A DNA stretch of 64,000 nucleotides from Raillietiella orientalis (taxonomy: Eukaryota). The position numbers and the translations under genes are program-made. Below are positions 49,995 through 63,200 of this stretch, piece after piece (positions within the stretch are counted from its first letter, which is position 1; each line of letters starts with the position of its first letter). The stretch spans positions 8,122,001 to 8,186,000 of the forward strand of contig JAYWIR010000001.1 of the NCBI GenBank assembly GCA_036172245.1. The letters are read 5' to 3'. The notes beneath the pieces were generated by a model that was not told the DNA's origin, searched no databases, and saw nothing but the letters and a program-made list of their open reading frames with translations.

Positions 49995-51579
49995 TCTCGT
50001 GGTTGCTTGCTGCCACTCAACAAGTGTCCCGAACCATGCGTCCAGAACCTCCGCGCCAGGACTCCAGCAACGAAAAGCACTTGGAGGTTCCGGTGGCTTC
50101 CTGACGAACAGGAGCGTCTTGGAGGAGCGAACGTTCTTTCTGCGCTGCATGGCATGCGGGAAGAATCCTCGGTTTCCTAGCTTCATGTATTTGGAGGCTA
50201 CCGCGCGGACGGGACATGACGAAAAGGTCATCGGAGACTTCATGCAGTGGCTCTCAGGCTAAGGTAGCACAGAAAAAGGGTGCCCCGTCCTTCATTGACA
50301 CCGTGGAGCGCTGCATTGGCCCCGAGCTACCTCCGAACCATAGTGCATGGCGACGCTACAGAAAGGTGCTGGCGACTCTATATGCACGAAGGGAGCCAGT
50401 GATGGAGCCGAAACGGAAGTGCCCAAGTGCAGCGACCAGCCGTGACGACGGCGTTCGGCACCCAGGTACCTCCTGGATTACGAGCGGTTATGGTCGTAGA
50501 AGGACGGCAGGGAGGTGGTGAAATTGCTACCTGCTCATGCCCTCCAGGCCGTCAGAGGCGCGTCCAACGTGGACGCCGGGAATCGCACTTTTCTATCCTA
50601 CCTGCAAGAACAATGGAGAAAAAGGAAGCGAGGCGACTTCCAAGGGAAAGAAACGGGCACGAGTCCCCACTCCTCCTTTCCTTTCCAAGAACAATCGCCG
50701 TCGTGCGGCTGACAGAAGAGGACATCAATCACTCAAAAAAGAGGTTTCCTGACAGCTGCACTAATTGAAATTCCCTCTGAAGCGTAAAGGAATGCTCTGG
50801 ATTGCAGCCGCCTACACACACTAATCTATCACAGCTTGCGGAAAAATTAAAAAACCGAAAAATGGAAATTCTAGCCTGAATCCTAGATTTTCCATCTGCC
50901 TCACTCGAGCTCGCATCAGAGGGAAAGTCCACCAACCCATAAAACAGCCAGCGTCCCGCGGGAGGCGCAGTTTCCCTTGCTTCTCTCGCAGCCCCAAGAT
51001 CAACGGAGAGCAGGTAGCTTCCAGAAGTGGCGCAACTTTTTGTTTCGTTCTACGGAGGGCAGTCAGCACTGTCCCTGGCGCTCCAGGCGCTTCCGGCTCC
51101 TCGCTGTCGGTTTCCAGAGCTGAAACGCCAGAATGGGTCGCTTCTTGCGTTGCGCGGCGAAGGCGCAGGGGTCCTGATGCGTTGCGCGCGCCAGGGGCAC
51201 AGTCGCCTCATTCCGCTTCTTCCATGCGGTCCCACCGCTGCAGCGAAACGGATGCCATCTGTGCGCGCGCCTTGGGACCGCACTTTTCCGTGGATCACCG
51301 GGAAAAAAACGTAGCAGCTGGTCGTTGGAATTCTGGAAAATGTCCGACCCGTTCGTCGCGCATCCTCGGTCTGCGGTACGCAGTATTGCGCGCATTGCTC
51401 GACTTGGCAGCGCTCCCTGTTTCCGTAGATGGACCCAACCCGTGGCTAGCCGACTTAAGCGGCGCGCGCTCTTGCGCACCCTCCATTGTCGCTGCGCTCC
51501 GCAGCGCCACCGATCGTTTATTCGTTTTCTAGCGAACCCCTTCCCGACTACGGCAGATATCATCCCAGGATCACGAACG

Positions 51580-54500
51580 ATGGAGGCACTCTCGGTAACA
51601 CCCTGTCTACTGGTATGGGTGCTCAGCTCCGTCTGCATGTTGGAGATGCACAGCAGGTAAGTAAGGACACTTACAGAGACGGTTCCACCTTTGGGATCGT
51701 CGACCTCTGCAGCGCGCTTCAAAAGCTGGCGCTCCCTGGTGTTTGGATTTGCGCTTCCTCCCTTCCGAACGCAACCTACTCCGCCTCCGACAGCCTCCCT
51801 TTCCCGGCACTGCAATCTTCGGCAGCTCCTGTGTTCACAAGCGTGCGCTGAAAAAGTGTGCGCAGTGAGAGTTTTGGAAGAAAGGAGCAAAACCGCCGTC
51901 GACAGCCCGACCCGCCCCTTTCGGCATCCCAAAGAGGCAGCTCGTGCTCTGCTGATCGGAAAGCGCGTGCGCCAGCAATGCACCGTCTCGTGTCCGTGCG
52001 GTCGACATGTGGCGCCACGTGGAACCATGTACCACGATGGTAGCCTCCCGCTTCCAGCGCACGGCAATTTGATCACTCTCACAAGGACACGCTACTCCGC
52101 ACACGGATCCAAGAAGTGATGGACCGTGGGGCGGAAGGGAGCTCACGGTCACACTGTAGATGCAGAGAACAAACACTCCTGAGGCGTCGCATTCTCTTCG
52201 TGCGCGTTCGTGCAAGGAGCGTCTCCGGTTGTGCTTCATCTGGTCGCCACGAGGTGCATCTTCAAGCCAGGATCGCATAGTCAGAACGAGGTCGGATGCC
52301 TAACGGGACGTTCGCGTTGCGGTCACATGCTGATTCCTTCGCGCTCGGCGCTCTTCGCATCGGCTGCGGCATTCGAAGGTTTCCGAAAAGAGCAGGCGAA
52401 CACGGGACTCGTGACGCTATCAGTTGGCGTTCGCATGCAGCAAACGCCGCCTCACAGCATATGTCAAAGCGTCATAGGGGTCATCTAGTGCAGCCGGGTT
52501 AGCGCGGCGGCTGGGGTGTAGCTCGTTTCCGCGTTTCTTGCTGGAGGTATCGATGGTGACTGTTTCTTGTTTCAGAGGTTGTCTTGCGCTTGCTGGTTCC
52601 ACGGTGACGATGAAGGATAGAAATCTCGTGACCATGGATATCCACCAAAACTTAGGTGGGGTAAGTGAAAAGTTCCTGGACGGCTGTCTATCTTACATCA
52701 CGAAGACTCCATCAGGGATCACTCGCATTTCTCCACTCCAACCCCAATTCGCGCACATAATTTCGCGGTTGCGTGTCCACATCCCCCCACCTAGTAGTGG
52801 TGAGTCTCCCAGTAAAGTTGCTGATTTGGGGTTCGGCAAGTTGCTGCAACCGAACTCTTCAGCTCACTGAAGCTGGGGCTGGTGGACAGAAACGCCGCTG
52901 GGTGTTGTCAACAAAAATATTCTTCCGCGCTTTCATATGCTTGAACGCTGTTCGACTTCCGCGCAATCGAAAAGGGCCAGTTCGTGTTTAGGATTTCCTT
53001 TGGGTTGATTTCTTTTCACTGCTCCTCTTCCATCATCCTCTTGTTTTTGGGTTCGTCAAGTGCTAAAGAACCGTTCGCCTCCTCAAGGAGCACTCACGAA
53101 GCACATAGAGACACCGCCGACGTCATCGACGGGTGCGTGTGACTCCAACCTAGTGGTGGCAACCTCGCAAACTTCATCGTATGAATCCAGCAAAGCTACT
53201 CAGCATGGGGTCCGTTCCGCTTACGCTTAAGAGAGAATTATGAAAAGGTTTCTCGGGTCGGATGTGTCTGAGGGGAACCCCAGAAGGAACCACCTCTTCT
53301 TTCTTCCCTTCCGAAGGCTTCTCCGAAGGAGGAAAGGCACTCCTTGTTTCTTATTTAAAGAAAACTCAGCAATGATCCAGTCTAACAGCTTCCCCTCCTT
53401 CGGAGGGAACCCGCAGAGGAATGGCTCCTTGTCTTGCCCTTCTGTAAAGAACCCCGAAAACGCGCCACCAAACTTCTCGAAAGGACGCTTCCCGAAGGAA
53501 TCATTCATTTTGTTCAGACTCTCTAGAACTGTTGTCTCTCCAGAAGACACGCCCGAGTGCAGCAAACGCCTCTGCAGCAGAGGATATTCACCGAATCCAT
53601 GGTTCGCGATGGAGGGTTGCCCCAGGGAATGGAGGAAGACCTCATTTTTACAACTAGGAAGGGAATTGACTTTTTGATCCCAGCACGCACCCCAGAAGAT
53701 TCTAATTCATGCCAGACAACGTTTTCCAATCCCACCAGTGCCGCTGCGCCTGGATGGGCCGACCGAGGTCATCCTGCGCAGGGAACACGAAACCCACGAC
53801 GCACCTATTTTCAGCGACGTGGGGATTCGAACCCCCAACGTTGGGTGCCACGCGTGAAGACTTCGGTCGCATGGCCGCCAACACGAGCGATTTCCTTGGA
53901 CGTGCCCTCTGCCGCCAGCCTCGCGCGGGATTCTTCGTTTGCACGACTTGCGCCTCTCTCTTGGGCGTGCATCAGGCGCGCGTTGGTACTGCAGTCCTCG
54001 CACCAGTACAGGGAAGAAAGGATGCGCTGTCCCGACGCGTTCGCTGCACTTCGCTAGACACCAGAGTGCGCTCGTGAATCGTATTTTCCCGGTGAGCCCG
54101 CGACTTGGGCAGGCTCTGCTTGGAGTTCCCTCGGCAGTCCGAATCGCGCAGCGGCACGGAAACCGTTTGCGGTCGATCGCGGTTCCTTCCGGAAGCAGCG
54201 CGCAGTCCTCAGCCTGATGACTTCGCCCGGGGAGCCTTCGCGTGAGCCGTATGGCTTCTGCGTGACCGCATATCCTTCTGCACGATCGGGGGGCTTCCGG
54301 GAAACGAATCCAGCAACCGCGCAGCCTCCCAGCCCCGTTCCAACAAAGCAAGTCATGACGTTTTTCCAGGTCCTGTTCGTGTCGATGGAACTCGGGGAAC
54401 CTCAGCAGTTGATGCTGCCGTCAGTAAACAGTTACAAGAACGAAGTGTGGTTCCTCTCGAGTTCATACATCATTGGGAAAAATAGTGAGTTCCCCGTAAA

Positions 54501-56361
54501 AATTGTGGGGGAGAGCAAAAACTACGTTCTTCGTTCCAGAGAACCGTCGTCAGTATAATCCCAAACTGTCCAAGGGAAGCAAGGTCACCAAAACAGAATT
54601 CAATTACAAAGACGACATGGTTTCTGTATCAAGATCTTCGATATATGGATTCAAGGCTGTCGACAAACTGAAGGTAAGGAAAGAGCGCGCGAGCGCTTGA
54701 AACACGGGGTCGGTGACGATAAGGAGCACTGATGGATGGCCTGCGGCGGCTGTGTCTTAGCTGAATTTCGTAAAGCATCCACGAAATTTGCGTGGAATGG
54801 CTCTCCTTCACGGACAAGCACCGTGGGAGGCAGGCACGGGCGGCACAGTGCTGCGCAGTCTTCGCGACGGAGTTTCCCCGCTTCCGCAGTCCTCTTGTCC
54901 TCACGTCCTCTTTCTCGCCGCTCTTTTCTCTGGGCATGGAAGGAAAACACGCACATCTTCCGCCTAGCCACCTCCTGGCGTTGGTTGGGTGCCGCTCCTT
55001 CCGTTTACGTCACGCACGCTCTCCTTTCCCACCGTCGTCCTTACCCACCCAACTCCACAGTGGGTTGCGGGGCATCCTCGTTCGAGGCTTCGGCTGGAAC
55101 ACTCAGAGATCGAAGAAAACCAGCTCTTCCTCACTGCCTTGCGAAGTGTTTCGTGCTGGAAACCCCTGCTCCCAACCAAATGCGCTGCACTGACCCATAA
55201 CGCTCCGAAGAGGAACGAAATGTAGCTGCTACCCACCCTCCAGGCTCTCGAGTGTATGCGCAATTTACCCCTACAGCCGGATGTGCTGTAGGAGTGGTCG
55301 GGAGTGAAGAAGTTCCCTGGAATGAGACAAACGCTTCTAAGCTCCTTCTTTCCAGATCGCGAATATCTCCGTTCCGAATGTGGAATTTGGGATGGTCACC
55401 AGCATATCCCCCCCTTTTTCGGTTCCTGCCGACGGTATGCTTGGACTGGGCTTTCCCGTTCCTGGCAATTATTCGCTGCTTAAACGCATCATCGAAGCAG
55501 GAAAGCTCCAGCCTGAATATTCTTTTTGCCTGCCAAGGTACGATGCAGTTATGTAGGGGCAGGCTGAACTGCCATCAACCCTGCTTCTCGATCCTTTTCG
55601 ACACCATGAATGCCATCTCTCTCAAACTGAGTTGACAATTTAAGAACGAAAGTGTGCTCGAAGATTTGCTGCTGCATTTCTGCAAACAGGATAAGGAGAG
55701 CGTTCTATTCCGCAGGAACCCTTCCTCTAAAGGATGGCTTCACTTCGGCAAAAGCAACCCTGATCTGGGTCAAGGAAATTTCATCTACCACCAGTTGACC
55801 GATACATTGGACTTCCATTGGAAGGTCGGCATCAATAAGTAAGTCCGGAATTTCCCTGGTTCCACTCACCTCCTCCAGGGTACAATTCGAGAAGTTGACT
55901 CTGTGTGAGAAAGGTTGCGTGGGAAAAGTGGTTATGGGACGTCCGCTTGGTGGTCCTCAAAGCCAGGTTTCAGCGATTCTAAAGCATCTGGGAACAAACC
56001 TGGAAGAACAAGGATATTTTTCCACACAGGTGAGCTCACAGCTTTTGCGACGCTCTTCCGCAAATTCTTCTGAAGGTGCCATGTCAGTCTGCGTTCCCTC
56101 CGCTGACGTTCTCAATTGACAGTTCCGTCTACACACTGGAGGAGAGGCACTACATTAAAAAAGTGAGTTGACCTGACTAGTGTTCCCGTATCTCCCAAGC
56201 TTGCGCTTGTTATGAAGACCGGCGGCGTCTGCACTGTGGAAATCAGGATGTTGCCAGAGAACGAGAATGTGTGGCACTTGGGAGGTGGATTCCTCTCGAG
56301 GTACTGCGCCTCCTTAGACTACGGAAGAAATAGGATTGGTTTCGCGGAACAGAAAGAATAG
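51580..56361 (+). CDS. Pepsin-family (peptidase A1, cathepsin D/E-like fold) protein, 365 aa, 9 exons, probably secreted, both catalytic aspartates lost (probable pseudo-protease)
   Basis: Manual splice model with all GT-AG introns and matching phases: 51580-51656, 52576-52660, 54370-54484, 54540-54673, 55356-55537, 55716-55838, 55879-56029, 56076-56162, 56218-56361 (1098 nt, no internal stop, ends TAG). Hydrophobic N-terminus MEALSVTPCLLVWVLSSVC. A1 landmarks: MELGEPQQ..VWFLS, VEFG..DGMLGLGFP, YSFCLPRNP..GWLHFG, HWKV, LTLCEKGC, PPLTFSI..YTL, VWHLGGGFLSRY..LDYGRNRIGFA. Exons 3-9 are strongly supported by homology; exons 1-2 by splice signals, phase and signal-peptide character only. Confidence 0.88.
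53230..53890 (-). mobile_element. Diverged SINE-like copy in intron 2 of the pepsin-like gene
   Basis: Minus-strand gggggttcgaatcccc T-arm, then gcgtcgtgggtttc..caggatgacctcggtcggcc..ggcactggtgg and a gaag/gggaaccc body. Confidence 0.68.
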
Positions 56362-59300
56362 CAGCTTGGAAAAGGGACTGAATTTCCTGCGTGGACCACG
56401 GGAACCGCAAATGCACTGTACGCGTGCGTCCATCGCGAGAAATAAAGACTGCACATCTCTAGACTTCTCGTTACACGATGTTCCCGCCAACTAGCCGGAA
56501 GGGGTGTTTCGGTGTGCAAGAAGAGTGCGGCTTAGTGGCAACGGTCTCCTCGCATGATATGAAGCAATGGGGGATCCATTCCCACCCGGGAAAGAGTCTA
56601 TGCCGTGTGCTTGGGTCGTTGCTTCTGAGTCCTCGGTTCAATGTGACTCTGCGTAGCCCACAAGCTTTCAATGCGGCGTTTGTGGGATTCGGAAAGCAGA
56701 TGACCTCCAGGGGTGCCAGGATTCCTTCCAGGAGCCAAGAACGTGGTTCGATGCGTGGTCACCTTCAAGAACAGGCGCTCCATAGTGTACCACGCAGGGG
56801 ACAGATATCGTTTATCTTAAAAGTGTCAGAAGAGCGTTGCTTTCTTCGAGGGGCGGATTATTCAGATAAGCTTTCCTTCGGCGTTCCCTTCAGAGGAGAT
56901 AACGGAATGCGGTATTCATGCGGGTTCTCTTCTCATGGGACATTCGAGAAGTGGAATCTTTGATGCTTTCCTCTCTACAAAAGACAAGGGATGGCCTCTC
57001 CTTAGGAACCCTTTTGGAGAGAAGAGAGACGTTTCTCCAGGTGTTCCGTTTGGAGACAGTTACGACGATGGTTCTCTTCAGAAGTCTCTCCCAAGGGTAA
57101 AAGGAGCAAAGAGGACCTTTGCCCACTTCCAATAGCAAAATTGCAGCCATCTCATTCACAGAGGATCTCTCATGGTGTGTGGAAGGAGTGTTGTGCCTCG
57201 AGAAACATCTGAAGGGACGTTCCAGGTGCGGAAAGAACGGGTAGACGACTGACTGAAAGACGTGCTGTCCAACTGCATCTTGAGGCTAAGTCCTCTGTGG
57301 ACAGTTACTTGATAGGTAACGTGTGGCTGGGTCGCCTCACGTTCTGCGGCTTCACAACTTCTGGAACGAGATGGATATTTCTGAGTTTCTGTGGTGCTCA
57401 GAGCCTTCCTATTGATGGACGGGGCGCGACTGTGCCATTTTGCCTGTAACGCTAAGTCCTCCCTCTCCGAATCATTCGGTACTTCCTTCACGGACCCTGA
57501 GAGTAGCATGCAACTGCAGTCGCCTCGAAGACTTTTGCAACCACACCTCTTGCAGCAGTGGCATAACCTGTTTTCCTCGTTTTCGTCCAGATCTCCATCC
57601 TGCCAACCTCCAAAAAGGATGTCAGTAGCGAAAGAAGCTCTTTTTATCCCTCCCTTCCCCTTCAGTTTGGAGCCATCATGGCGTCAACGACTGTTGCTGT
57701 CTCGCATCCGCCTTCTGAAAAGAAACGGTTGAACTTTTTTTTTCCAGCTGGTTTCTTGTCAATGAAGGGTATCCAGGGACTCGTTCATCGCACCCTAGGA
57801 ACCACGAAATCCGCGTGACGCTTTCTACATTCGGGGCATAGCACTTCCTCAGCATTGAAACTGCTGAACGAATCTGCCTCCAGGAATTCTCGGACACAGA
57901 GGTTCCAGCATATCCAGAGACTGCTGCCAGACCCCTAACAGCTTCTACTGGAGCGACCTATTCGGGAAAGCTTTAGCTTTTTTAAGAGCACAGCGTGTGA
58001 CCATCCGAGACACCTTTTACATCAGAAAGATGAAAATGAAGCTGATGCTCCTGCAGCATTGAAGCCGAACTTTCGGCTCATGCAGATTACCACTCGACGG
58101 AAGAGGCTCCGATTGGCAAACGGGCTTACTCTTAAGCGTTGGCGAAAGATCCGCAGTGGTAGATGGGATTTGTCGGCATCTTCCGCGGTGGGATGCGCAG
58201 CACCCCTAGCTCTAAATCCGTGGTTGACACCTTCTTCCATGTCTCATTCACTTCGTCTCTCCGCTGCACAGCACCCCCTTACTCCAAAGATGGATCTCAT
58301 AAGGCACCAGATCAGGAGGCGTCTGATTGGTGCCCCCACGGAAAACTAGAAGAACCACATCGGCACGTGCTGTGCGTAAGCGAACGAACGAGTAATAAAT
58401 GGAGTCGTATCGCTAGGATTCTCCACTTCCATGACGCTTGTTCTCGGGAGTTGTTCTCTGGTTACCTGCTCAAGCTCATGGGATGCCTCCTTCCTGGAGA
58501 ATCCCCAACAGGAACGACCTACAGTAACCGCCAAAATAGACCTCAGCCCCGGAGAGTCGTCTGCGAACGCGATCGCCTGCACGCTAACGGGAAGGAAATT
58601 TCTCCATCTCCTCATCTCAGGACTTGTGACATCAGAGGCTGACTTTAAAGCACTCCGAGCAAATAAATTCTACTCACCCGTTCCTCTCTTGACTTACACG
58701 GAAGCATGGAAAGCACGCCGGGGGTAGGTTCAGCTGAATGTGTACGCTCATTCTTCTGTACTGGCCTTACCACGCCGCCACTCACTTCAAGACTTCAGTC
58801 CCACTACCAGTCAGGATACTTTCCTTGCGTTGGAGACGTAGCACGTAGGTCGCAACATGGATTTCCTCTGCCTGTTTAGAAGAACCCAAATTCTTCCAGG
58901 TACCTTCATTCTCTTTGAGATTGTTTTCCGTCTCTGCCGTGGCAGTATGCTGGTCCAAGACTCGACTAACCTGATATCCGTTGCAAGGACAAGCGCAAAG
59001 ACAGTTGCGCGGCGCATCAAACGCCCGTCACCAACCACCACGTTACAAGCGCGAGCAATGGCTCTCAAGAAGAGAGACACCGATCCTTCGGTGTCCTTCA
59101 GCACGAACTGGAAATTCCGCCCGTCAGCACGAATGCAATTCCCTTCCTTAAGCGACAGCAATGCATACTACACTGTTCTCACTTGATGCACACGTGACAC
59201 AGCGGTCCGCGGGAATGATCATACCAACCGCTGAGCCACAAGCGTGTTCCTCGTTGTGTTCGTCGATTAGGCGCTTGTGGTTCAGAAACAAGGATCGTCT

Positions 59301-59658
59301 ATGCCGCTTTTTTGGAAGCAATCTTGCTTGCAATGCACCTGTGAATTAACTGAGTTGTTTCTTAGCCTCTAACTCATGCAGAATGATCCCGAGGTACTGC
59401 ATGGCTACGAATGCTGCCTTGGAACAAAAGAAGGAGGACCAAAGAAAACAGGATGGTAAGCAGCTATGCTTGGGAACATCGCAACTGCGTTTACGTCATC
59501 CCGAGATCCAACGAATCGAGCCGAAGAGGCGAGCAACCCATACCTTCTGCCCTTCCCCTTGCAGCAAACTCATTTCGACGCGTCCTTCCTCCCGTATCAC
59601 CAGTGCGCCAAACCAACATCACCCTTTCAGCACAACACCACTGCGTTTTTTTGAAAAA

Positions 59659-60284
59659 CTAAGAAAGGTAGGGTAACCCGGATCGCTTGCGATTCCGCAG
59701 TGGTTATCCCTGTTCGGGGCTATCCTAGTGCTGCCCTGTTCCCCCCAGTACACTCCACAGGAATTTTCTGCTATCCAGTAGTCAAAAACCTTTCCCCTTC
59801 CGTAACCGACGACGAGAACTCCCTGGTCTTGATCATCTTCAGCGCAGAGTGGTTCGTAGAAAAAAAATGTTTCTTCATTTTAAAATCCTGCTGTGTTACC
59901 AGAATGGTAAAAGTGAAAAAGGGGCATGACTGGCATTTATTGGAACACACACGGGTCCTACTGAGGTCACGACCACATCCAGCTGCTCTGCATCACCTTC
60001 CGGCAGGATTCTGAATCACCACGAAGATGCACCGATGCACTTGGTAGGGAATCGGCATCTTCCGTCCAAGAGCGAGCACGGAGCATTCCTTCTAGTAATT
60101 GCCTATTTCGGCCCTGTAGGGATACCTATCCTGAATGTCGATGCTGTTGTAGTGCGTGCCGTAGGCTAAGCTATTTTCCACGGATCCTCCATCCTCCATT
60201 TAGAGTTCACCTGATCACATGAGCAGTCCACGAGATTCTGTTCGCTATGGAACACTCTAACTGTCAAGTCTTATTGAAATGCAC
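59659..60284 (-). pseudogene. CTSL: Duplicate of cathepsin L pseudogene 3' part within inverted repeat arm
   Basis: Reverse complement of 36220-36845 (mirror relation x + x' = 96504). Confidence 0.9.
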
Positions 60285-63200
60285 CTCCATTGAAACCTCT
60301 TTGATGTGTGCGGGCGTGTTTTTCCGTCACTCCTGACGTTTCCACTATCTTGTGCTTCTGAAAAAAGATGGGAACGCCTATAGAAGCAACGGAAGTTGGA
60401 GGACCAGCGTCCGGATCTGCAGTGGCGGAACCGACGACCGCCTGCACTTCGTGTTCCTCGCCGTCAGAGAGGAGTTTTGCTGAAGTTGCTGCAGCTGCAG
60501 CCGTCAAAGGGGGACCCCCCGATGAAGCGGAGTTGCGCGCTTACGTAGCAAAAAGCTACAAGCCCGCTTTCCGCTATCAGGTGAGTGGGCTTCTTTCTGC
60601 TCGCTACGGGTTCAATTCGATCACGAACTGACCCGTATAGGCGTGCGGGAGGAAGGCCTTCTCGCCATCGTGCCCGTTAAAGGCTTGGGATACTTCAAGG
60701 TGCGATGCAAGGACGCGGAACTTGTGCAGCGCTTGCTACGCACCCCATAGTCCATCCGTGGAAGGAAGGTCTTCTCGCCCCCCATGGATGATTCATTCGT
60801 CGTGGAGATGTGCGACGTACAGTCGGACATCTTAGACCGCCAACTAAGGGACGCGCTGGCGAAGTTCGCCACCGTCCAGGCGCTCTGGTTTGAATCCGGT
60901 CACGCCGGGAGGTTTATCTGAAAAAACAAACCACAAACTTGAAGGGATCTGCATCCCCTCAAGATGCAAGAGACGCCCATACAGAAAGTTCAACCCGGAA
61001 GGACCACCGGCACGCAGGCCGGCTTTAAAAAGAAGGAAAAGGTGGGAGAGGGGAACAAAACAAACAAAAAACCAGGGGAGGGTGGGGAGAGGGATCTTTG
61101 TTTTCAAACGTTCATCATCTTTCTAGAAGCACCGTTTGACGATGGCGACTTCTCTGGAGACTTTTCTGGGCAGATAAAGCCACCTGACAGCTGCCTTGTT
61201 AAGGTTGGAGGCTATCCTGGTGGCGTCCATTCCCTGCGAGCTTCCTTGTAGCTTACGACGTGCCGCCACGATGGCGCGTATGCAACAGATTGTTGCGATG
61301 ACAGCGCCTTTTTTCAGTCCGTCTTCGCTGAAGAAGCGTCGCAGTAGGTCCATGGCAGTATCCTGAGGACGACGAAGTGCCGAAACGAGCCTCCGCCATA
61401 ACTCCCGCAAGTCACTGCAGTCCAGCAGCAGGTGCGGAAGCGATTCTATCGCCCCGCATCTGAGGCAGTCCGGGGAGGCAACTCCCCCGGAAAGCAAGTG
61501 TCTGCGCTTATTGCACTGAAATCATCAGTTCAGGAATAGCAGAACATCCTGTTTCCATCGAAGAGGGAACACGGAGGTGTTTACACACAATTAAGGGACC
61601 ACGAGTTCTTTGGGGAGTAAACCAAGAAGCTCACTCCACCGAAGGAGTCCCTTTGCCCGGTAGCGAGGAGTGGCAGCCTCTACCAACACGCTCGTTTTGC
61701 AGCCGCTGAGCACACTTTCTTCTCCTGCAATGCTGCAGAAGAAGAACTCCCACTTCGCCGGTAGGCTGTTGTTGCTGTTTGCCCTGAGAGCAGGCAACGC
61801 TGCGGCGAGGGGTGAGAGGGCTACTCGGGACCAAAGCGACCAGTCCTGTAGGATAACTCTTATCGGTCTGCGTAGGAGGCCCTTTATACGTAGCAGTTGC
61901 TCTGGACGCACATCCAAAGTGGAAGTCCAGTGCTCCAGAGCCTCCTGCAGCCAAGCATTCCAGTTCGAGGGTCTGTAGGAAATCCAGGAATGGGCTAACA
62001 ACAACGAGGACAGATGCCTGAGAGGGTAGCCAAATCCAGTTCTCCGGAGAAGGTTGCGCGGCAGCAAAGAAAGCAGTCCTGCACTGCCGACACATCGCTG
62101 GAGGATATGGCGAGCCGGAGCACACCAGTGAGTAGATCACAATTTCTTACATAGGGAGAGAAGTTCAGTCTTCTGGATGGTCAGGATGCCCAAGCCAGAG
62201 TCCTGGCGTGGCGCCACCAAATTTTTGAGGCGAACCCGGGAGCGTGCAGCGCACCACAGGACTTTGCGTAGGAGACGCTGCGCCCGGAGTTTCACCAAAT
62301 AGGGAGGCGGGCAAACGAAAAACAAGGGGGGGAGGAGGGGGCAAGAAAAGAGTACCATATGCATGCCCTTTCCGGCAAGACGAACTTGCTTTCCAAGAAC
62401 GGGCCGAGAGCCATCTCTGCCTTTTGAAGACAGGCCGACCACGCCTCTGAAGAGCAGAAGTCGCCCAACGGAACGCCAAGCTATTTGAAGTACCTGACCG
62501 TGCGGGTCCCCAGGACGATCCACGCGCTGTGGAGGGTTGGGTTCGGAGCACCCTCAAGGACTTTCGCTCCCTACACAGAGGTATCGCGGCGGTTCGGGTC
62601 ACTATGGCGAACCGCCGATCGCTACCCGCGAGGCTAAGGGTGAACAACACGGTCGTTCACCTTTGGTACGCTGGCAAGCCTCGCGCGTGCGAGGGATGCG
62701 GTGAACAGGGGCATTGTCCCAAAAAATGCCCCTCAGGGAAATGCCGGTATTGCAAGGACAAGGGACACGATTTCAAAAATTGTCCTAAACTTGCGAGGAA
62801 GAAGGCATCCGCAAATCTAAAACGCGGAAAAGAAATCGCGGAAGAAAAAAAGAACGTCGCGAACAAAATAAAAGACATTCGGAAGAAGTTTGGCAAGAAA
62901 GCGGAAGCAGAAACGAGGAAAGAGCCACCGTCCTCTCCCGCCCCGAAACGACGCGCGTCCCAGAGAAGGCCCAGCAACTGTCGCGGAAGACACACGCGGA
63001 AGCGCGGTGCAACGGCCGAACAAGACAAAAGCCGATGGACCCTCGGCCTCCGGGGTAGTAGATGTAGGAGCAGCATCGAAGTGACGGGAAAACCGCTGCC
63101 CCTACTGCGCCCTCTCTTCCGATGGTCACCACGCCAGAAAAGAAGGGTGCATACGCCCGGGCGACGAAGGCCGGGAAACGGCGATCCGTCGCGAGCTGCC

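Noticed and set aside
51063-52082. 339-aa minus-strand ORF
   Set aside because: Arg/Ala-rich with no motif; overlaps exon 1 of the pepsin-like gene on the opposite strand; likely chance in GC-rich DNA.
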